From Camelus ferus (lineage: Eukaryota): 64,000 nt of DNA. The stretch covers positions 23,374,001-23,438,000 of the forward strand of contig NC_045702.1 in assembly GCF_009834535.1 (NCBI RefSeq). Direction: 5' to 3'. Under the pieces are notes generated by a model that was given only the letters and a program-made list of their open reading frames with translations, was not told the origin of the DNA and made no database searches. Of this stretch, positions 48,880-62,315 are shown one piece after another. Position 1 is the first letter of the stretch. The number at the start of each line of letters is the position of its first letter. The translations under genes were made by a program, and so were the position numbers.

Positions 48880-51320
48880 ATTTTTTTTTCCACATTTATA
48901 GCTAGGTATTGTATGCATTTTGCTTTTATAAGTGAGATGTTTTTGGTTTTTGCCTGTATATAAAACACAGACTTCATTATTACAACTATTTATGCAGCAA
49001 CCATATTATATTCCCTGATTTTAAACAGTTTATCTGTTGAGTGTTCTGAAATTTCTGTGCTTAATGATAGCTTTCATTTTTTCCCTAATCTTTATGTTAT
49101 CCTTTTAAACTTGCTTTAACCCACCAGCTAGGATTTCCAATACAATACTGAAAAGAAGTAACAGCAAAAAACATTGTCATTTTCCTAAATTCTAGGGGAA
49201 AGTCTTAATTTTTAATCACTATGTTATTGGTTGTAGGTTTTGTCTAGATGTACTTTATCAAGCTGAAAGAATTTTGTCCTGTTCAGTTTATACATGTATT
49301 TTTAAATTCTAGTTTATGTGGTTTATAAAAATGAGTATGTTGAATTTTATCAAAAAAACCTGTTCCTCATTTATTAAAAAGATGTTTTTCTTCTTAAGTT
49401 GTAAATAAAATTTATTGACTTTCTAATATTAAACAAATCAGGCATTTCTAAAATAAACTACTTTGTATATCTGTCATAATGTATAGTTCTTTTTATATAT
49501 CCATGAATTCAGTTTACTTTTACATCTGTATTTGTGAGAGAGAACTGCCTTCCTTGCTTTGGGTTTTTTGCTTGTGTGTTCTTGTAATGCCCTTTTCAGG
49601 TTTTGATACTAAACTTACAGGGACCAAGTTTGGAAGTATTCCTTGTCTATTCCCTGTATTATTTACATGATCTGTATTTTTTTTCTTAAATATTTGGAAA
49701 ATTTGAATAGTGAAGTTATTTAGGACTGGGGTTTTCTTTGTAAGAATTTTATGTTTTATTGTACAGATACAGTACATTTAGTACTTTTCTCTTTATTCTT
49801 TTTTCACCTTTTGATGTATTTTTCAAGTTGTCAATTTCACAAATTATGTCAAATTAATTCACATAATATATGTAGGGGCTTTACAAATTTACCCTTGTTA
49901 TGTCTCCTTATAAAATCTAGCACTTTGTTACTATGAATAGCTCCATCTTACCTTCAGTCTTTTTAACTGTCAATCTACTTTGATATTAAGATAGCTATCA
50001 TTGCTTTCTTTGGTTACTATATGCAGGTATATATTTTTTTCATCTATTGCTTTCAGCCTCTTTGTTTTGTATTTAAAGAGCATATCTTATAAAAGAAATT
50101 GTGAGGGTGAAGAAGTTGGTGCCGTAATGACAGCCAAGAGGAGAAAATATTTATGACTTCTTTTTGAGTTTTGTTTTTTAGTAACACTGTTTTTCCCTAG
50201 AGAATTGGAGGATTTCTTTATCTTTAAAGTCTACTAATTTTATCAAGGTAAATCTCCAAGGTGGTTACTGTAGGTCAGTTTTCTAAATTACATGGCAGGC
50301 CTCTTCAATATGAAAATGTAGGTCTTTTATTTCTCTTGAAAATGATCTCTTGGAGTATAGTTTTCAACATTAATTTTGTTTCATTTTTTTTTTTTTTGTA
50401 AGGACTCAATCTATATGTATGGGTTTTCCTCACCTCCTTCTATATTTATCACTCCCTCTCTAGTGGTGTTTGCTTCTTCATTTTTTATTTCTTGTTTGTA
50501 TCCTTGTCTTTACTAAATGACTTTTCCTACGTTTTCAGTTGAATTTAGGCTATATGTGTGTGTGCTCTGTAATTTGCTCTTTTGTGAAATGATTTTGTAT
50601 TTTTCAAACATGAAAGATATTAGACTATTCTAATATCTTTTATGAGTTTGCTAGCTTACTTTCTATTTTACTTTATTATCCATTTCTGATCTAAGTTTTT
50701 GAATATCTCACTTGAAGCAGTTTCTTTTAATACATACAAATGGTTGTTTAAGGATGTTTAATGTAGATTGATACGTTCCCTTGTTTTTTTCTTTGTTTGT
50801 TTGTTTGTTTTGGAAGAGTTAGTCACTAGCTAAAATTGTGTAATTCTCATTTTATGTTAGCTTTTTGTTGTGGTTTATGTGTTTTGCAAACAATTTTCTG
50901 TCCATTGGAAAATGTCTCATACTTTACAGAATCAGCAACACCACCAAGTAGGGATGAGAAGTTTGGGTTGCTTATTAAATTGTTTAGTTCAAGTTTGCCC
51001 TCTTCTGTTGTTACAGAGAAGTGCAGCTTTTACAATGGCAGCTTTATTTTGGTGGGGGGAATCACTATGTCTTCCACTTTTGTGGTTCTTCTTCTCCTTC
51101 CTCTCTACAAGACTTATCTTCCTCTTGCTTCCTTCCCTTACACTCAGCACCAACCATCTGAGGGATGTCTCTGAAGCCCCCCTCCTTTTTGCCCTCTAAG
51201 TGATGAATTTCTAACATTGCTGCCCAGTCCATGGATCCTTTTTTATTTGAGAACTCAGACCTGTTTTCAATAAGTCCCTGCTTGGGGAATTTGCTCTTTC
51301 TTTTTTCCCCTTTTTCAAAC
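48880..51320 (-). mobile_element. Long degraded L1 (ORF2 through ORF1/5' parts)
   Basis: ctaggatttccaatacaatactgaaaagaag, ttgtaggttttgtctagatgtactttatcaagctga and cttaaatatttggaaaatttgaatagtgaag are antisense ORF2 hallmarks. Confidence 0.7.
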
Positions 51321-51321
51321 C

Positions 51322-51432
51322 TTTTTTTTTTTTTTAACTGAAGCATAGTCAGTTTACAATGTTGTGTCAATTTCTGGTATACAGCACAATGCTTCAATCA
51401 TATATGAATATACGTATATTTGTTTTCATACA
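51322..51432 (-). mobile_element. Short lineage-specific L1 3' end with poly(T)
   Basis: ttttttttttttaactgaagcatagtcagtttacaatgttgtgtcaatttctggtatacagca. Confidence 0.8.
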
Positions 51433-51742
51433 TTGTAATCTTTCGGATGGTATTACTTATCTCAGTCCCAGAACACTTTGTACTACTATCCTCTCCCACA
51501 AATTAGCTTTTTTAGTTGTGGATATTTATTTCTCTACTTACATGTAAATTGGACAGAGAGACAGAAAGAGACAGAGAGATAAAGAGAATCTGTGTATTAG
51601 CTCTCCTAGCAGCAATTATGTGTGGTTTTATGTATTCACGTTGTTCATCTGTATGCTTTTTGGAATACAGGTGGAAAGACTTGGATTTAGGGGGCATTCA
51701 CTTTCCTTCACAAACAAAATTTTTTAAAAATTACCTATTAAA

Positions 51743-51857
51743 TTTTTTTTTAAATTTTACTTTATTGTATTTTTTCAGTGGAGGTACTGGGGATTGAACC
51801 CAGGACCTTGTGCATGCTAAGCATGCACTCTACACTGAACTATATCCACTCTGCCTC
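51743..51857 (-). mobile_element. tRNA-Ala(AGC)-derived SINE (camelid vic-1 type)
   Basis: The minus strand reads gatatagttcagtgtagagtgcatgcTTAGCATgcacaaggtcctgggttcaatccccagtacctcca plus an A-rich tail. It has B box GGTTCAATCC and a degenerate TSD of about 17 bp (51725-42 and 51858-74). Confidence 0.9.
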
Positions 51858-53004
51858 TAAAATTTACTTTTAAATGAAATAGGATGAAATAAACAAGATG
51901 GTATGGAACAGGAATAGAATAAATTGGATTACATTCATATATGAAGTAGATGATATGTGTATATGCTTGCATGTGAGAAAATATATATACAATCTTTATT
52001 TACAGAATTTTAATATATATTCTTATTGTGGGTGTGGTTAAAAAAGAAATAAAAAAGTAGAAAAGAGAAAAGGACTGCCCTAGATTATGTTTGGGATTTT
52101 TCTTTCTTTCTTTCTTTTTTTTTTTTTTTCTCGGTCCAGATCACAAGAAAACAATTTCTGATGGGAGAAGTAAAAAGAGAAGCACTGAAACAAGTCTGGG
52201 TGCACAGCAGAGAGAAACTTTTGCCCTAAGAATGGTAAGTCATGCCAAAGTCAGCATACTGGGGCAACATGTTAAAGAAGTTGTCCTTCTTTAAACAAGA
52301 TCCTGAATGTGAAACTCAGCTAGTATCAATCTTCAAAAAACTCTAGAGAGTCCAAGATTATCAAATAAAAACAGTAGTGTTAGATTATGTGTTCAATTTA
52401 CAGTTTTTTGCTTTAACATCTCATTTTACTTCGAATATATAGATTCGGATTTCTTTCATCAAAATAACAGAGTTTGCCCCATATGACCACAAAAATCTTT
52501 ACATGCCCTGAAACTTCCCATATGTAAAGCTTTCCTTACTGTATTTTTCTCCATTGTTCTTTTACTTGGTTCCATGATCCTAAATAAAAGTAATTAACTT
52601 GTATATGTGAAAGCATTTAAATCATACAAACACCCACAAAAAGGAGACATTCATATAGTTGAGAGCCATGCAAAATGTCTTTACTCTACAATTTTGTACT
52701 TTGGAGTCTAAACAGCAGTATGCAAATAACATAGAACTCCAAAGATTAAGTCTCCTAATGAGACCTGCTGAACGGTTAATCCATAGTGAAGTGTTTTCTG
52801 GTATTTCTTATTATAACCTGCCATATTATGAAAGTTAAAATGCAAGTATACACTTTTGAAAAATCAAAGTTATTAGCTGAGAAAATTATCTCACTACTCT
52901 GTCATTTTATTCGGGGGCGGGGGGGTTGTGAGACTCTGGTCCCAGGAGTGAGTAAAATTGTAAGACCTGCAATTTCTTGAACTTTTTACACAGCTCATGA
53001 ACCA

Positions 53005-53150
53005 TCTTACACTTTACTAACCTGTTCTTATTTAATTCCTATAACAATGCTCTGAGGTGTCACTGTCTCCATTTTATATGTGAAGTGACTGAGATTTCAA
53101 GGTGTTAAATAGTTTGCCCAAAGCTACACAGCCTGGGAGATGAAGACAAG
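53005..53150 (-). mobile_element. MIR
   Basis: ctccattttatatgtgaagtgactgagatttcaaggtgttaaatagtttgcccaaagctacacagc. Confidence 0.75.
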
Positions 53151-53689
53151 CTCACAATATCCACTCTCCGGCTGCCCACACTCATCCCATTCTTCCTACC
53201 CCAAACTGGGGCCATGTTTGCTCCTCACAGAGAATAAGCCCCCAACTTCATCTTCACCCTACTGATAGTGAGTTTTCAGAAATGAATGTATTCCATAGGA
53301 TAAATCTCACTGGTTCATTTTAAGTATACTTATTGCCTTTAAGGAAGCTAGTAGCTCATCATTTAAAATCTATTTTTATTAAGCATAAACTCAATCACAC
53401 TAGAAAAAAACAAAAACAAAAAACTAATTTTAGAAGTGAAAGTAGTAACTCTGCCAGAGTGGTTGTTCTTTCAAGCAGGCATTTGTATCAGCCTTATGAT
53501 CTATAGCTTTGTAATACTTTCTTATGGTACATAATTACTCCCTGCATCCCAGGAAGAGGGGTGGGGAGGGTTTCAATACAGCCTTAACTGAGACGATATG
53601 GAGTGGGGTGAAAAGCCAATGTATTTTTGAAAGTGAGTTGTCTGAGTTTTGCATCCATATACCTGGGAGATACAGCACAAAATCACTAT

Positions 53690-53880
53690 ATGATGAAATA
53701 TTCAAGAAGCTTCAGGAATCCCAAAGAGAAAACACAAACCACACCAAGACTCATTATAATAAAATTGCTGAAAGCCATAATAAAGAAAAAAATCTTAAAA
53801 GCAGCCAGATAGGAAAATTTCATTGCAAACAAGGGGAGAAATACAAGAACAGTGACTTCTCATCTGAACCAAAAGGAACT
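53690..53880 (+). mobile_element. L1 ORF1 fragment
   Basis: Translates to TTPRLIIIKLLKAIIKKKILKAAR, matching the ORF1p motif TPRHIIIKL..KEKILKAAR. Confidence 0.8.
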
Positions 53881-54170
53881 GACAACAGCGGGAACTGAAC
53901 CCACAGCCTTTATCCTCTATGCTAATCAGCCCCAGGCCAGTATCACTAAAATATCTAGATTTGTCTTAAAGTTGTTGGATTCTGTTCTCATAGTCAAGAA
54001 TTAAAGATAAAAGTCAGAAATGAAATAAATTTTGTAGGAGAGGGCTTGGAGATATAGCAGTCTCAATGAATTTGAAAAGTGGCATTTTTTTCCATCAATC
54101 TTGTGTTTATATTTCATTATTTCTGTAAGAGTCTAATAAGGAAGTATTAATCTTTTTGTTTTAATGATAA

Positions 54171-54841
54171 TGCAACCAAGCAGGACCCTATGGGGCCTTC
54201 CTGGGACAGGCCACTCCCTCCATGTCCTCTGCCTGCCTCTTGTTTGCAAAAAAACTGTACACAAAAGCCTCCCCTGAGATGCAAAAGCCTGGCTCAAGAA
54301 TTAGTGACTGAAAGGATGTGACCATGTAGTGACAGAAACAGTAGTTGGGCCAGGAGAACTAGTAAGACCTTAACCAATAAATCAGCCACATGGCAGTCAC
54401 AGAATCTTCAGTTCCTCCCTGAAGGGCATAGATAACCGTGTCTGATGCACATTCCTGAGTTGTTCTACAGATACAAAAACCCCCACCAAAGAGAAGTTAA
54501 CTGCTTGATGACCACGAGCAGAAGCACACAGCCCCCACACCTGCGGGAGCCTGAAGACTGATGATGATAACCCCATAACAGGGCCCTGCTACCTCACCAT
54601 CAGCCAAGCAGAGAATTATGCACAAGCTGAACACACACCCTGTGACTCCCTTTTCTCACCTCGCCTTTAAAAAGGCTCTCCTGCAACCCACCAAGGAATT
54701 CAGGTTTTTTCGACATTAGCTGCCCCAGACTCCTTGTGTGACACCTTACAATAAATAAGGCACTTTCCTTCACCACAACCTGGTGTCAGCAGATTGGTTT
54801 TACCAAACAGGGCAAAGGGACCCAAGTTTGGTTTGGTAACA
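54171..54841 (+). mobile_element. Complete ERV1-type solo LTR
   Basis: TG...CA termini, perfect 4-bp TSD ATAA (54167-70 and 54842-45), TTTAAAAA box near 54667 and AATAAA near 54751. Confidence 0.9.
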
Positions 54842-56054
54842 ATAAGGAAACCAAACCCAAGAATATAACATCATTTGCCAACAAGATAAACAGAAAACAC
54901 TGTTGAAGTTAGACATACTAAGCATGGAACATTCAGAAAATGAGCAATAAACTAATGAAATAATGTTTAAAATATTCAGTTCTATCCCCCGAAAGTAAAT
55001 ACCACTATTATTTTTTGCTCATTTTCCTACAAATTTCCTTTAAAATACAGTTGAATTGAATTTATGTATCTGCAAGATAATTTAACTCCAACATCTATAA
55101 TATAAATCAGAGTTCATGCTATTCAAAGAATGTTTCTCACATAATAGATTTTCTTTTCATTTTCTAAAGCAAATGTTTATCCATTTATAACCAAGCACAT
55201 TGTTTAATGTTCAGTACAATTATACATTCATTCCAATATGTAACTTTTGAAATTAAAAAAACTACATAGCTTGTAAGTAGAAAAAAAATGAATTCATACC
55301 CAAATCTCTTTGATTCCAGATTCTGTGATCATAATCATTATGTTGTACTTTCTTCTAAGTTATATGTGGAAGAAACTTTTCATGATCCTGGGATGAGCAG
55401 CAAATAAGACTAACATTATCAATGATGTAAATGTCAGCAAAGGCCAAAAGTAAAAGACTCATGTATATAAGTGCTCTTATTTTTAAACATTGTTTTTTTC
55501 TCTGTCTTAGTTACTGTTTCCAAGAAAAACAGATACTTAACTCTGGAGAATTGAGGAACTTTGTTTTTTAAGCTGGAAATGTGGAAATTTTGTGAGGCTG
55601 AAAAAACTGGCTATTTAATAACTGAGCATAAAGCAAAAAATATTTATTATTCTCTATTTTCTTTGTCATTGTTTGAACAGTTATTCCAGTAAATCAGCTA
55701 GCACCAACACTGATTAACAGACATACAAATTATTGTAATGAGATCATAACCTTTCCAAAGGAAAAGAGACAAGTTGTACTTTGATGTTTGACTTTCTTCT
55801 ACAATATGAGGAAGAAAAACAAACATCTCTTAACATTTTTACAAATGTGAAGATGCATTTCCTAGAATATTTGTTCCAATTTTTAAAATGCATATGATAC
55901 ATTTTCAAAATTATGTCTATTGGTTCTTTCCTGCATGCTTTTGAAGTAGATAACTTGTTCTAATTTTGTTGGCATATATTCATATTCATACGCAGAATTT
56001 CTTTTGTGAAGTCATCCAGAGGATATAGGCTAGAACAATGTGCTTAACTGAACA

Positions 56055-56175
56055 ATATTATCTCAACTTCACAGATGACAGAACTGAGACAGAAAAGTAA
56101 AATGACATATTCAATGCCACTGAATGAGTCACTGGAAAAATCAGAATTAGAATTCACTGTCCATGATTTCCAAGA
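56055..56175 (-). mobile_element. MIR
   Basis: aacttcacagatgacagaactgagacagaaaagtaaaatgac. Confidence 0.6.
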
Positions 56176-56727
56176 CTGAATGTTGGCAGAACTACTCCCC
56201 TATTTGGCTAGAGATTTTTGTTAGCTTTGCAAATTCCAATACAAACGTTAATCTATTTATAACATTGGTATGGAAATAAGACAAACCTCTACTTAAAAAT
56301 AAACACGATATATAGATTCTTATCATGGTAGAAATAGATTTGAATGTAACATGTGACCTATGGTGCACCCAATACGGGTAAAAGTAAAGTGTACTATAAG
56401 TAAAAATGTATCTATATTATATGTTCATCTTTTCACTTAATTAAAGCATATCCTATTAAGTTTGTACCATATTTCTAATGTTCAATGTTCACAATTTCAT
56501 ATGGCTCCACCTCATATATCAATAGATACAAATATAATCACGTAAATTGTTTTCTATTGAAAACAAAGTCTTACGTTCAGAGCTTCCACATTAATCCCTG
56601 AACTTGGCTTCCAAACACGAATTACTATGTATCTCATTCACATAAACATTTCATAGTGTCTGAGCTTACGACAGTGCAGGGAGAGCCCAAGTTTCTCCAA
56701 AAGACTACTGCCCTAAGACGGCGGATC

Positions 56728-57066
56728 TCAGAATGACTCCAGGACCCCTGGGAGTTCTAGAGACCTTTTCATGGGGTTAAATATGCTCAAAGTTATTTTT
56801 ATACAACTAAGATATTTATGCCCTTTTTACTCCCATTCTCATGAATGTGTCTACCAGCTGTATCATATGTGATGACATTACTGCTTTGACGGATAATGTA
56901 GTAAGTAAGTACCCGTGAATTCTTATGCCTTAACTTTGTTTTCAGTTTTAATGTCTAATATGGTAAATACTGATAGATATTGCTACATAAACAAAACCTC
57001 CTTGAAGTACTTGATAATTTTAAAACTGAAAAGGAGACTTTGGACCAAAATGCTTGGTGCCAACTG
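56728..57066. mobile_element. MER33-like hAT-Charlie element
   Basis: ggacccctgggagttctagagaccttttcatgggg...cagttttaatgtctaatatggtaaatactgatagatat...cataaacaaaacctc...ggaccaaaatgcttgg. Confidence 0.7.
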
Positions 57067-57719
57067 TTCAAAGGAAATTAGAAATTAGCAACAGAAACAG
57101 ATGCACAAACAAGTAACTCCAGGGGACTGTAACGCGTGCTAATTGGCATTATACACAGAATTTGATGGGGATACTGAGTGGGACTAATTCTTCCGAAAAT
57201 TGGAGAAATTTGTAAAAAAGAAGTAACACTGGGCCTTGATCATTTTGTCTGTTGAGAGTATATGGGCACCAGCCTCCAGGGAATCCACTGTGTTCACGTG
57301 ACCAGTCGTGTGACCAGAGCCGACACAGCAAGGTTTTGGACCGTGCAGCCGTACAAGAAGACTTCTGATGTGGCCGTTTCCTGATTGTGGTGGCTTTCTT
57401 GTTATGGCCACAACAGCAGTGTGGAGACAGTATTTATAAAAGCTTTCCATTACAGAAGATGCTTTCCTAATTTTAAAAGAGGGAACAACTCCCCAGTGGC
57501 CACTTTTGAGGTGTGGCTTTGAGAATTCTTCTGGAAATTTCTTTTAGGTTTACATAAGTTTTCATTTCTGTAAGCCATTTAATAACCTGAAATAAATCCA
57601 TTTCGCTATAAACTAGCCACAAATGTATCTGTTTGGCCTTTCATCTGAACTCTGGCCAATAAGCCATGTCTTCTCAGTCAAGAGAAAAAAGGTATTTCCA
57701 TTAAAATTAATTAAGAAAG

Positions 57720-58020
57720 CATTGTGTTCAGGGAATGATGAAAAATCTAGTTTAACTAACACCCAGCAAGCACGGCTATAACTGACAGGAAATGATCTAG
57801 AAACGTGTGTAAGGTGTAGAGCGTGCAAAGCCTTAAATGTCAAGTTGAATAATTTACACATTATCCTTTGGGGCATGTGTTCTTATACCTGCCGAGAAGT
57901 TTTATAAAATACAGATTCCCATGTCTCACTCCAGACATGTTTAATCATTCGAATCTGTATTTTATCAAAGCTTTTTAGACATTTATTGGCCAGGTTTTTG
58001 ACCTAAACTTAAACAATGCA
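57720..58020. mobile_element. L2 fragment (minus strand) followed by a MER5-like remnant
   Basis: gtgcaaagccttaaatgtcaagttgaataattta (L2); aaaatacagattcccatgtctcactccagac (MER5-like). Confidence 0.45.
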
Positions 58021-59329
58021 GCGGGGAAAAAAAAACAGTTGCAGGCAGAGAACTGAAGCGATCAGATATTTGCATTAGAAAGAGTTCTCTGTTTTTGCCA
58101 CTGGTAATTGAATGTGAGATAGAATAATACGAAATAGGGAAAATAAGACTGTCAATAATACAGTTAAGAGATTCAAAACAGTGACAGTGAGGATTGATAA
58201 TACAATATTATCTTTATACAAATACAAATTATCAATACAAGAAGCACTGTATATGACCCTCTTTTTTTTATGCATATCTCCCTAATCAGAGTATATTTTC
58301 CTTGTATATACAAATTGTAATATAATATTTCAAAAGTACTCTCTTATCCCAGTTCTGAAATCGTATCTAAAAACTCTCAATTCCCCTTTACAGGAAGTTT
58401 GCTAAATGCACATCCAAACCATTTACCTTATTGTGTTCTAACACTGCTGGATAATAACATTCATACCCAACCTGCAGAGGCCTCAGTGCCAAATAGCTAA
58501 GGACAACCTGCTCTTCCTTGGGCCTGCAGAGTCTTTCGAAAGACCCAATCCACAAGAAGCTCTCCAAATCTAGTTAACCCTACCCCATTTGCCATACATA
58601 AGCTGCTTCCTATAGTTCAGTTTGTGGTTACCCTTTTCCCAGGTGTAACCCCTTGTGTGCCTCTGTCTTCTCTTACTCAAAGGTGTAGGTGGCATTGTGT
58701 TGTGATCCTCCATTACTAGAATCTAACAAATGTAATTATTTACCCTTGGATGTTGTGATCACTGGTGGAGCAAAGTATAAAGACCATTGCCTGTCACGCA
58801 GTACATGTAGATTTTTTTTTGGGTGAATGGATAATTGAAAGAACCTGTAAAATGGGGGATTATCTTTTCTCCAGGGTTTAGTATTGTTATGCATATTCGA
58901 GGTAACAAATCTACTGTATTTGACACATGATAGGCTACTGAAATATATTAAAGATTATTCCGACAAATAAAAGAGCTTAAAACCAAAAGGAAATAGCTGC
59001 CCTAACAGCTCGGTTTCACAATGAATGACGAATAAAATCTCTGTGGGCTGGATACAGCCCGTGGCTTGGCAAAACGTAAGATAAATCCTCCAAACATAAG
59101 GTTTACAGAATTAGAAAAAAATGGAGAACAGAAGCTAAAACAGAAATCCCAAATAATATCAGAAGTTTCTAACTATCAGAGGAAGGAATGACATGTGTAC
59201 CCTGGGAAGAAAAATAATTACAAGTTCCCCAAGATCATACATGTTGAAAATGATAAATAACAACGTCAAATAAGTATGTACATATCTAATTACATGTCTA
59301 TGTTTACTATATCCATAAATATGTTTATT

Positions 59330-59790
59330 TGGGGGGTATTTCTACACAGACAAACATGTCATCTGCAAACAGTTTTATTTCTTCCTTCCCCATCTTTACA
59401 CGTTCTATTTCTTTTTATTGTCTTACTGGAACAGCTAGGATGATGCTGAGTAGGAGCAGGGATAGAGGACATCCTTGCCTATTTCCATTCTTAGGGGGAG
59501 ATCATCCAGTACAATTAAACACACTAAAAGCTACAGGTTTTTTGCACCACCTTTTTTTAATCAAGATAAGGCAGTTTCTTCTACTTTTGGTTTTCAGAGA
59601 GTTTGTGTCATTAATGGGTACTGAATTTTGCCAAATGCTTTTTCTCCATCAACTTAATTTGGCTATGTCATTTTTCCTCTTTATTCTGTCAATACAATGG
59701 ATTACACTGGTTGATTTTCAAAACTGAATCAGCCTTGCATACTTCAAATAATTCCCACTTTAACATGCTGCATAACTTTTTTACACTTCT
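59330..59790 (-). mobile_element. L1 ORF2 reverse transcriptase fragment
   Basis: The minus strand at about 59353-59370 reads ctgtttgcagatgacatg = LFADDM; antisense ggatagaggacatccttgcct and ttttgccaaatgctttttct are also present. Confidence 0.85.
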
Positions 59791-59899
59791 GATTTTTTTT
59801 GTGTTTTTATGCAGAATTAATTTATTCGGTAGTAGTAAATAACTGATAGAGTTATAGTTACGTTGCTATTATAAATAGTACATGATATGAAATAACTAT

Positions 59900-60180
59900 T
59901 TTTAACTAAAGCCATCTTACAAAGGCTTTTGTATATTGATTCTATATCCAGCCAAATTGCTGAAGTATCTAAAATTGTGCTTTTCCTTGTATTCAAGCAC
60001 TTCATCTGTGAAAAATGGTTGTATTACTCATTCTTCTCTAATCCTTTAACTCTTATTTTTGTCTTATTTTACAGCACTATATAAAATACATTTTATTGTC
60101 ACTATATTGATCAAAATTAATAATAATGGCATATTTATCTTGTTCTTAATTACAAAGGAACAGGTTCCAATAATGAAGTC
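59900..60180 (-). mobile_element. Older L1 ORF2 RT-region fragment
   Basis: ttttgtatattgattctatatccagccaaattgctgaa...catctgtgaaaaatggttgtattactcattcttc. Confidence 0.55.
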
Positions 60181-62315
60181 TTTGGTTAAGTATATTCTTT
60201 CTCTTGACTTCTGATATTACATAACTTTCATAAATACAAGGAAGATTGAAGAATTAAGGCCCAAACTATGATAAACACACAGTAATATTTTAAGGGGAAA
60301 CAACTAACAAAAGCTATGCGAGATTACTACTGAGGAAAATTCAAAACTTTATTAAAATCATTACAGAAGACTTGCCTTATTTCTGTATGTTTTTGATGAT
60401 CCGAGTGCTGGCTCATATTTGGCTAAATTAAACCTCTGGGAATTCTGAAGGAAATAGACAAAGGATGATAAACCCAGAACAAATTTTTACTTGCGTCTTT
60501 CAAGCACCAAAGGACAGTACCAACCTTGAATCACATTAAGTTTTTGGCCTGGGCTTTTTTCTTTTAAGAAAATGAACTAGCAAAATCAGCAAGAATAGAC
60601 AATTGATTACAAATTCTCAGAGGATTCAATGATTGTTTTCAATGAGCCGGTGAAGAAACAGATTTCCTCACTGAGACCTTTGCAGGAAGGCAGATTTTCC
60701 CACACATACTCTCTCAACGAGACTGCAGTCCCTTTGGGTGTCTCATACGTAAGAAAGTGTTTCTTTATAGCCCAAATCTGCCTAGGTATAAAGCTGATAT
60801 TCCAATTCCCAGTAGTTATTATTCTCACAAAGGATGATTTAGCAAGTCTCCATGTCCTCTAATTGACTTGTGATGTATATTCTCTTCGCATCTATGTTAA
60901 AAAAAAAAAGTTTATTGAATTCTGACTATATATAGAATATACCAGGTAAACTAGAAACACAGATACTGACTGTCCTACAGTTCATAATCAATTTAGTGTT
61001 ATGCATTATGCATGTCTAAAGAAACACTACAGAGTCATTTTTCCAAAGATGCATATTGAAAATAAATGTATCTAATAGCTATGCAAATACCCAGGAGAAA
61101 AAAAGCGAAGGCATATTCAAAGCGGAATGCAATTAATTAGGAATAATAATTTAGTGAGACAAGAGATCAAACTTTGTCTTAAAAAAGGCAACGAATACAA
61201 ACTGCTTTAAAAAATATGTTATTTTCAAGGATCCTCAGCTATTATGTGGTTGTTAAAATGCTGTTTTCCCCATACCTCCAGCTAGCGTAGAGGTGCCTGC
61301 CTGCTCACAGACGAGATCCTGCATCATTCCAGTGCTTTTTAATATACTTTGCAGTATTTGTTTTACCATTTTATCTCATTTGTTGGGTTCTGTGATTATT
61401 TACTTCTGAAATTACTTCAAACATATGAACACAAAAATGATTGATTTAAAACACGGAATTTGGCAAGTGATTACACATAATGTGCTCTAATTGCTTGCAG
61501 TGGAGCTTTTATCCTATGAATTTTTCATAAGAATAAAAAGTGCAGGGTAAGTAATTAATTGACGATTTTCTTCCATTTAAACAGTGAATACACCTGTAAC
61601 TTATAGATTAAGACAATTGTTCTGGTGGACTGAAATTATAATATTTTTTCAAATGTTATGTAAACACATCATTAAAACTATTAGGATCTCCTAAGTAAAT
61701 CATGTGAATTTATTTCAAACAACTATAATTATTTTTACCAATGGGCTGTTAAAAATCCTATGGAGATTGGAAATCCTCTACTCAATACGCACAACTTGTC
61801 CCAAATACATGGATTTTTAATAATACTACATAATTGTAAGCACTAATCAACTGAAACCAAGTTTCTCTTTAGTCTAAAACTATAATTCATATTTTTTTCA
61901 ATCTCATACATTAAGGAGACTTTAAATACATTGCAATTACTTTCAAGGAGATTTTTGACAAGTTACTGACACAGTAGAGGCATCAAACTGGGAGGGATTA
62001 AGAAGAAAATGGAGGAAGAAGAGGAGAGGAGAAAAGAAACCACAGTGACAAGTAAGATACGATAAATTCACAACAGCAGGTACTACTGCCTTTTAATAAT
62101 ATAATTAACAATTATGATACTTTCCTCAAGATAAACACTGCATTTAGTACTTTTACTTTGAAACAGGGTATGATTTTTAGGCATAATTCACTTCATTTAG
62201 AATGTGGTATACTCAGCAAGTCAGGGTCTGAAGTCCACACACAGCTTGACTTACAGTATTAGCATTAGAGGAAGTTTAAGTTACAAATAATATGATTAAA
62301 TAAATTCCTACTTGT

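Noticed and set aside
51780-51857. tRNA-Ala(AGC) gene
   Set aside because: The A box and acceptor stem are degenerate, and an A-rich tail and TSD are present, so it is a SINE copy.
53524-53898. 124-aa plus-strand ORF
   Set aside because: It is an off-frame read through an L1 ORF1 fragment.
59329-59727. 132-aa plus-strand hydrophobic ORF
   Set aside because: It is antisense to L1 ORF2 RT.
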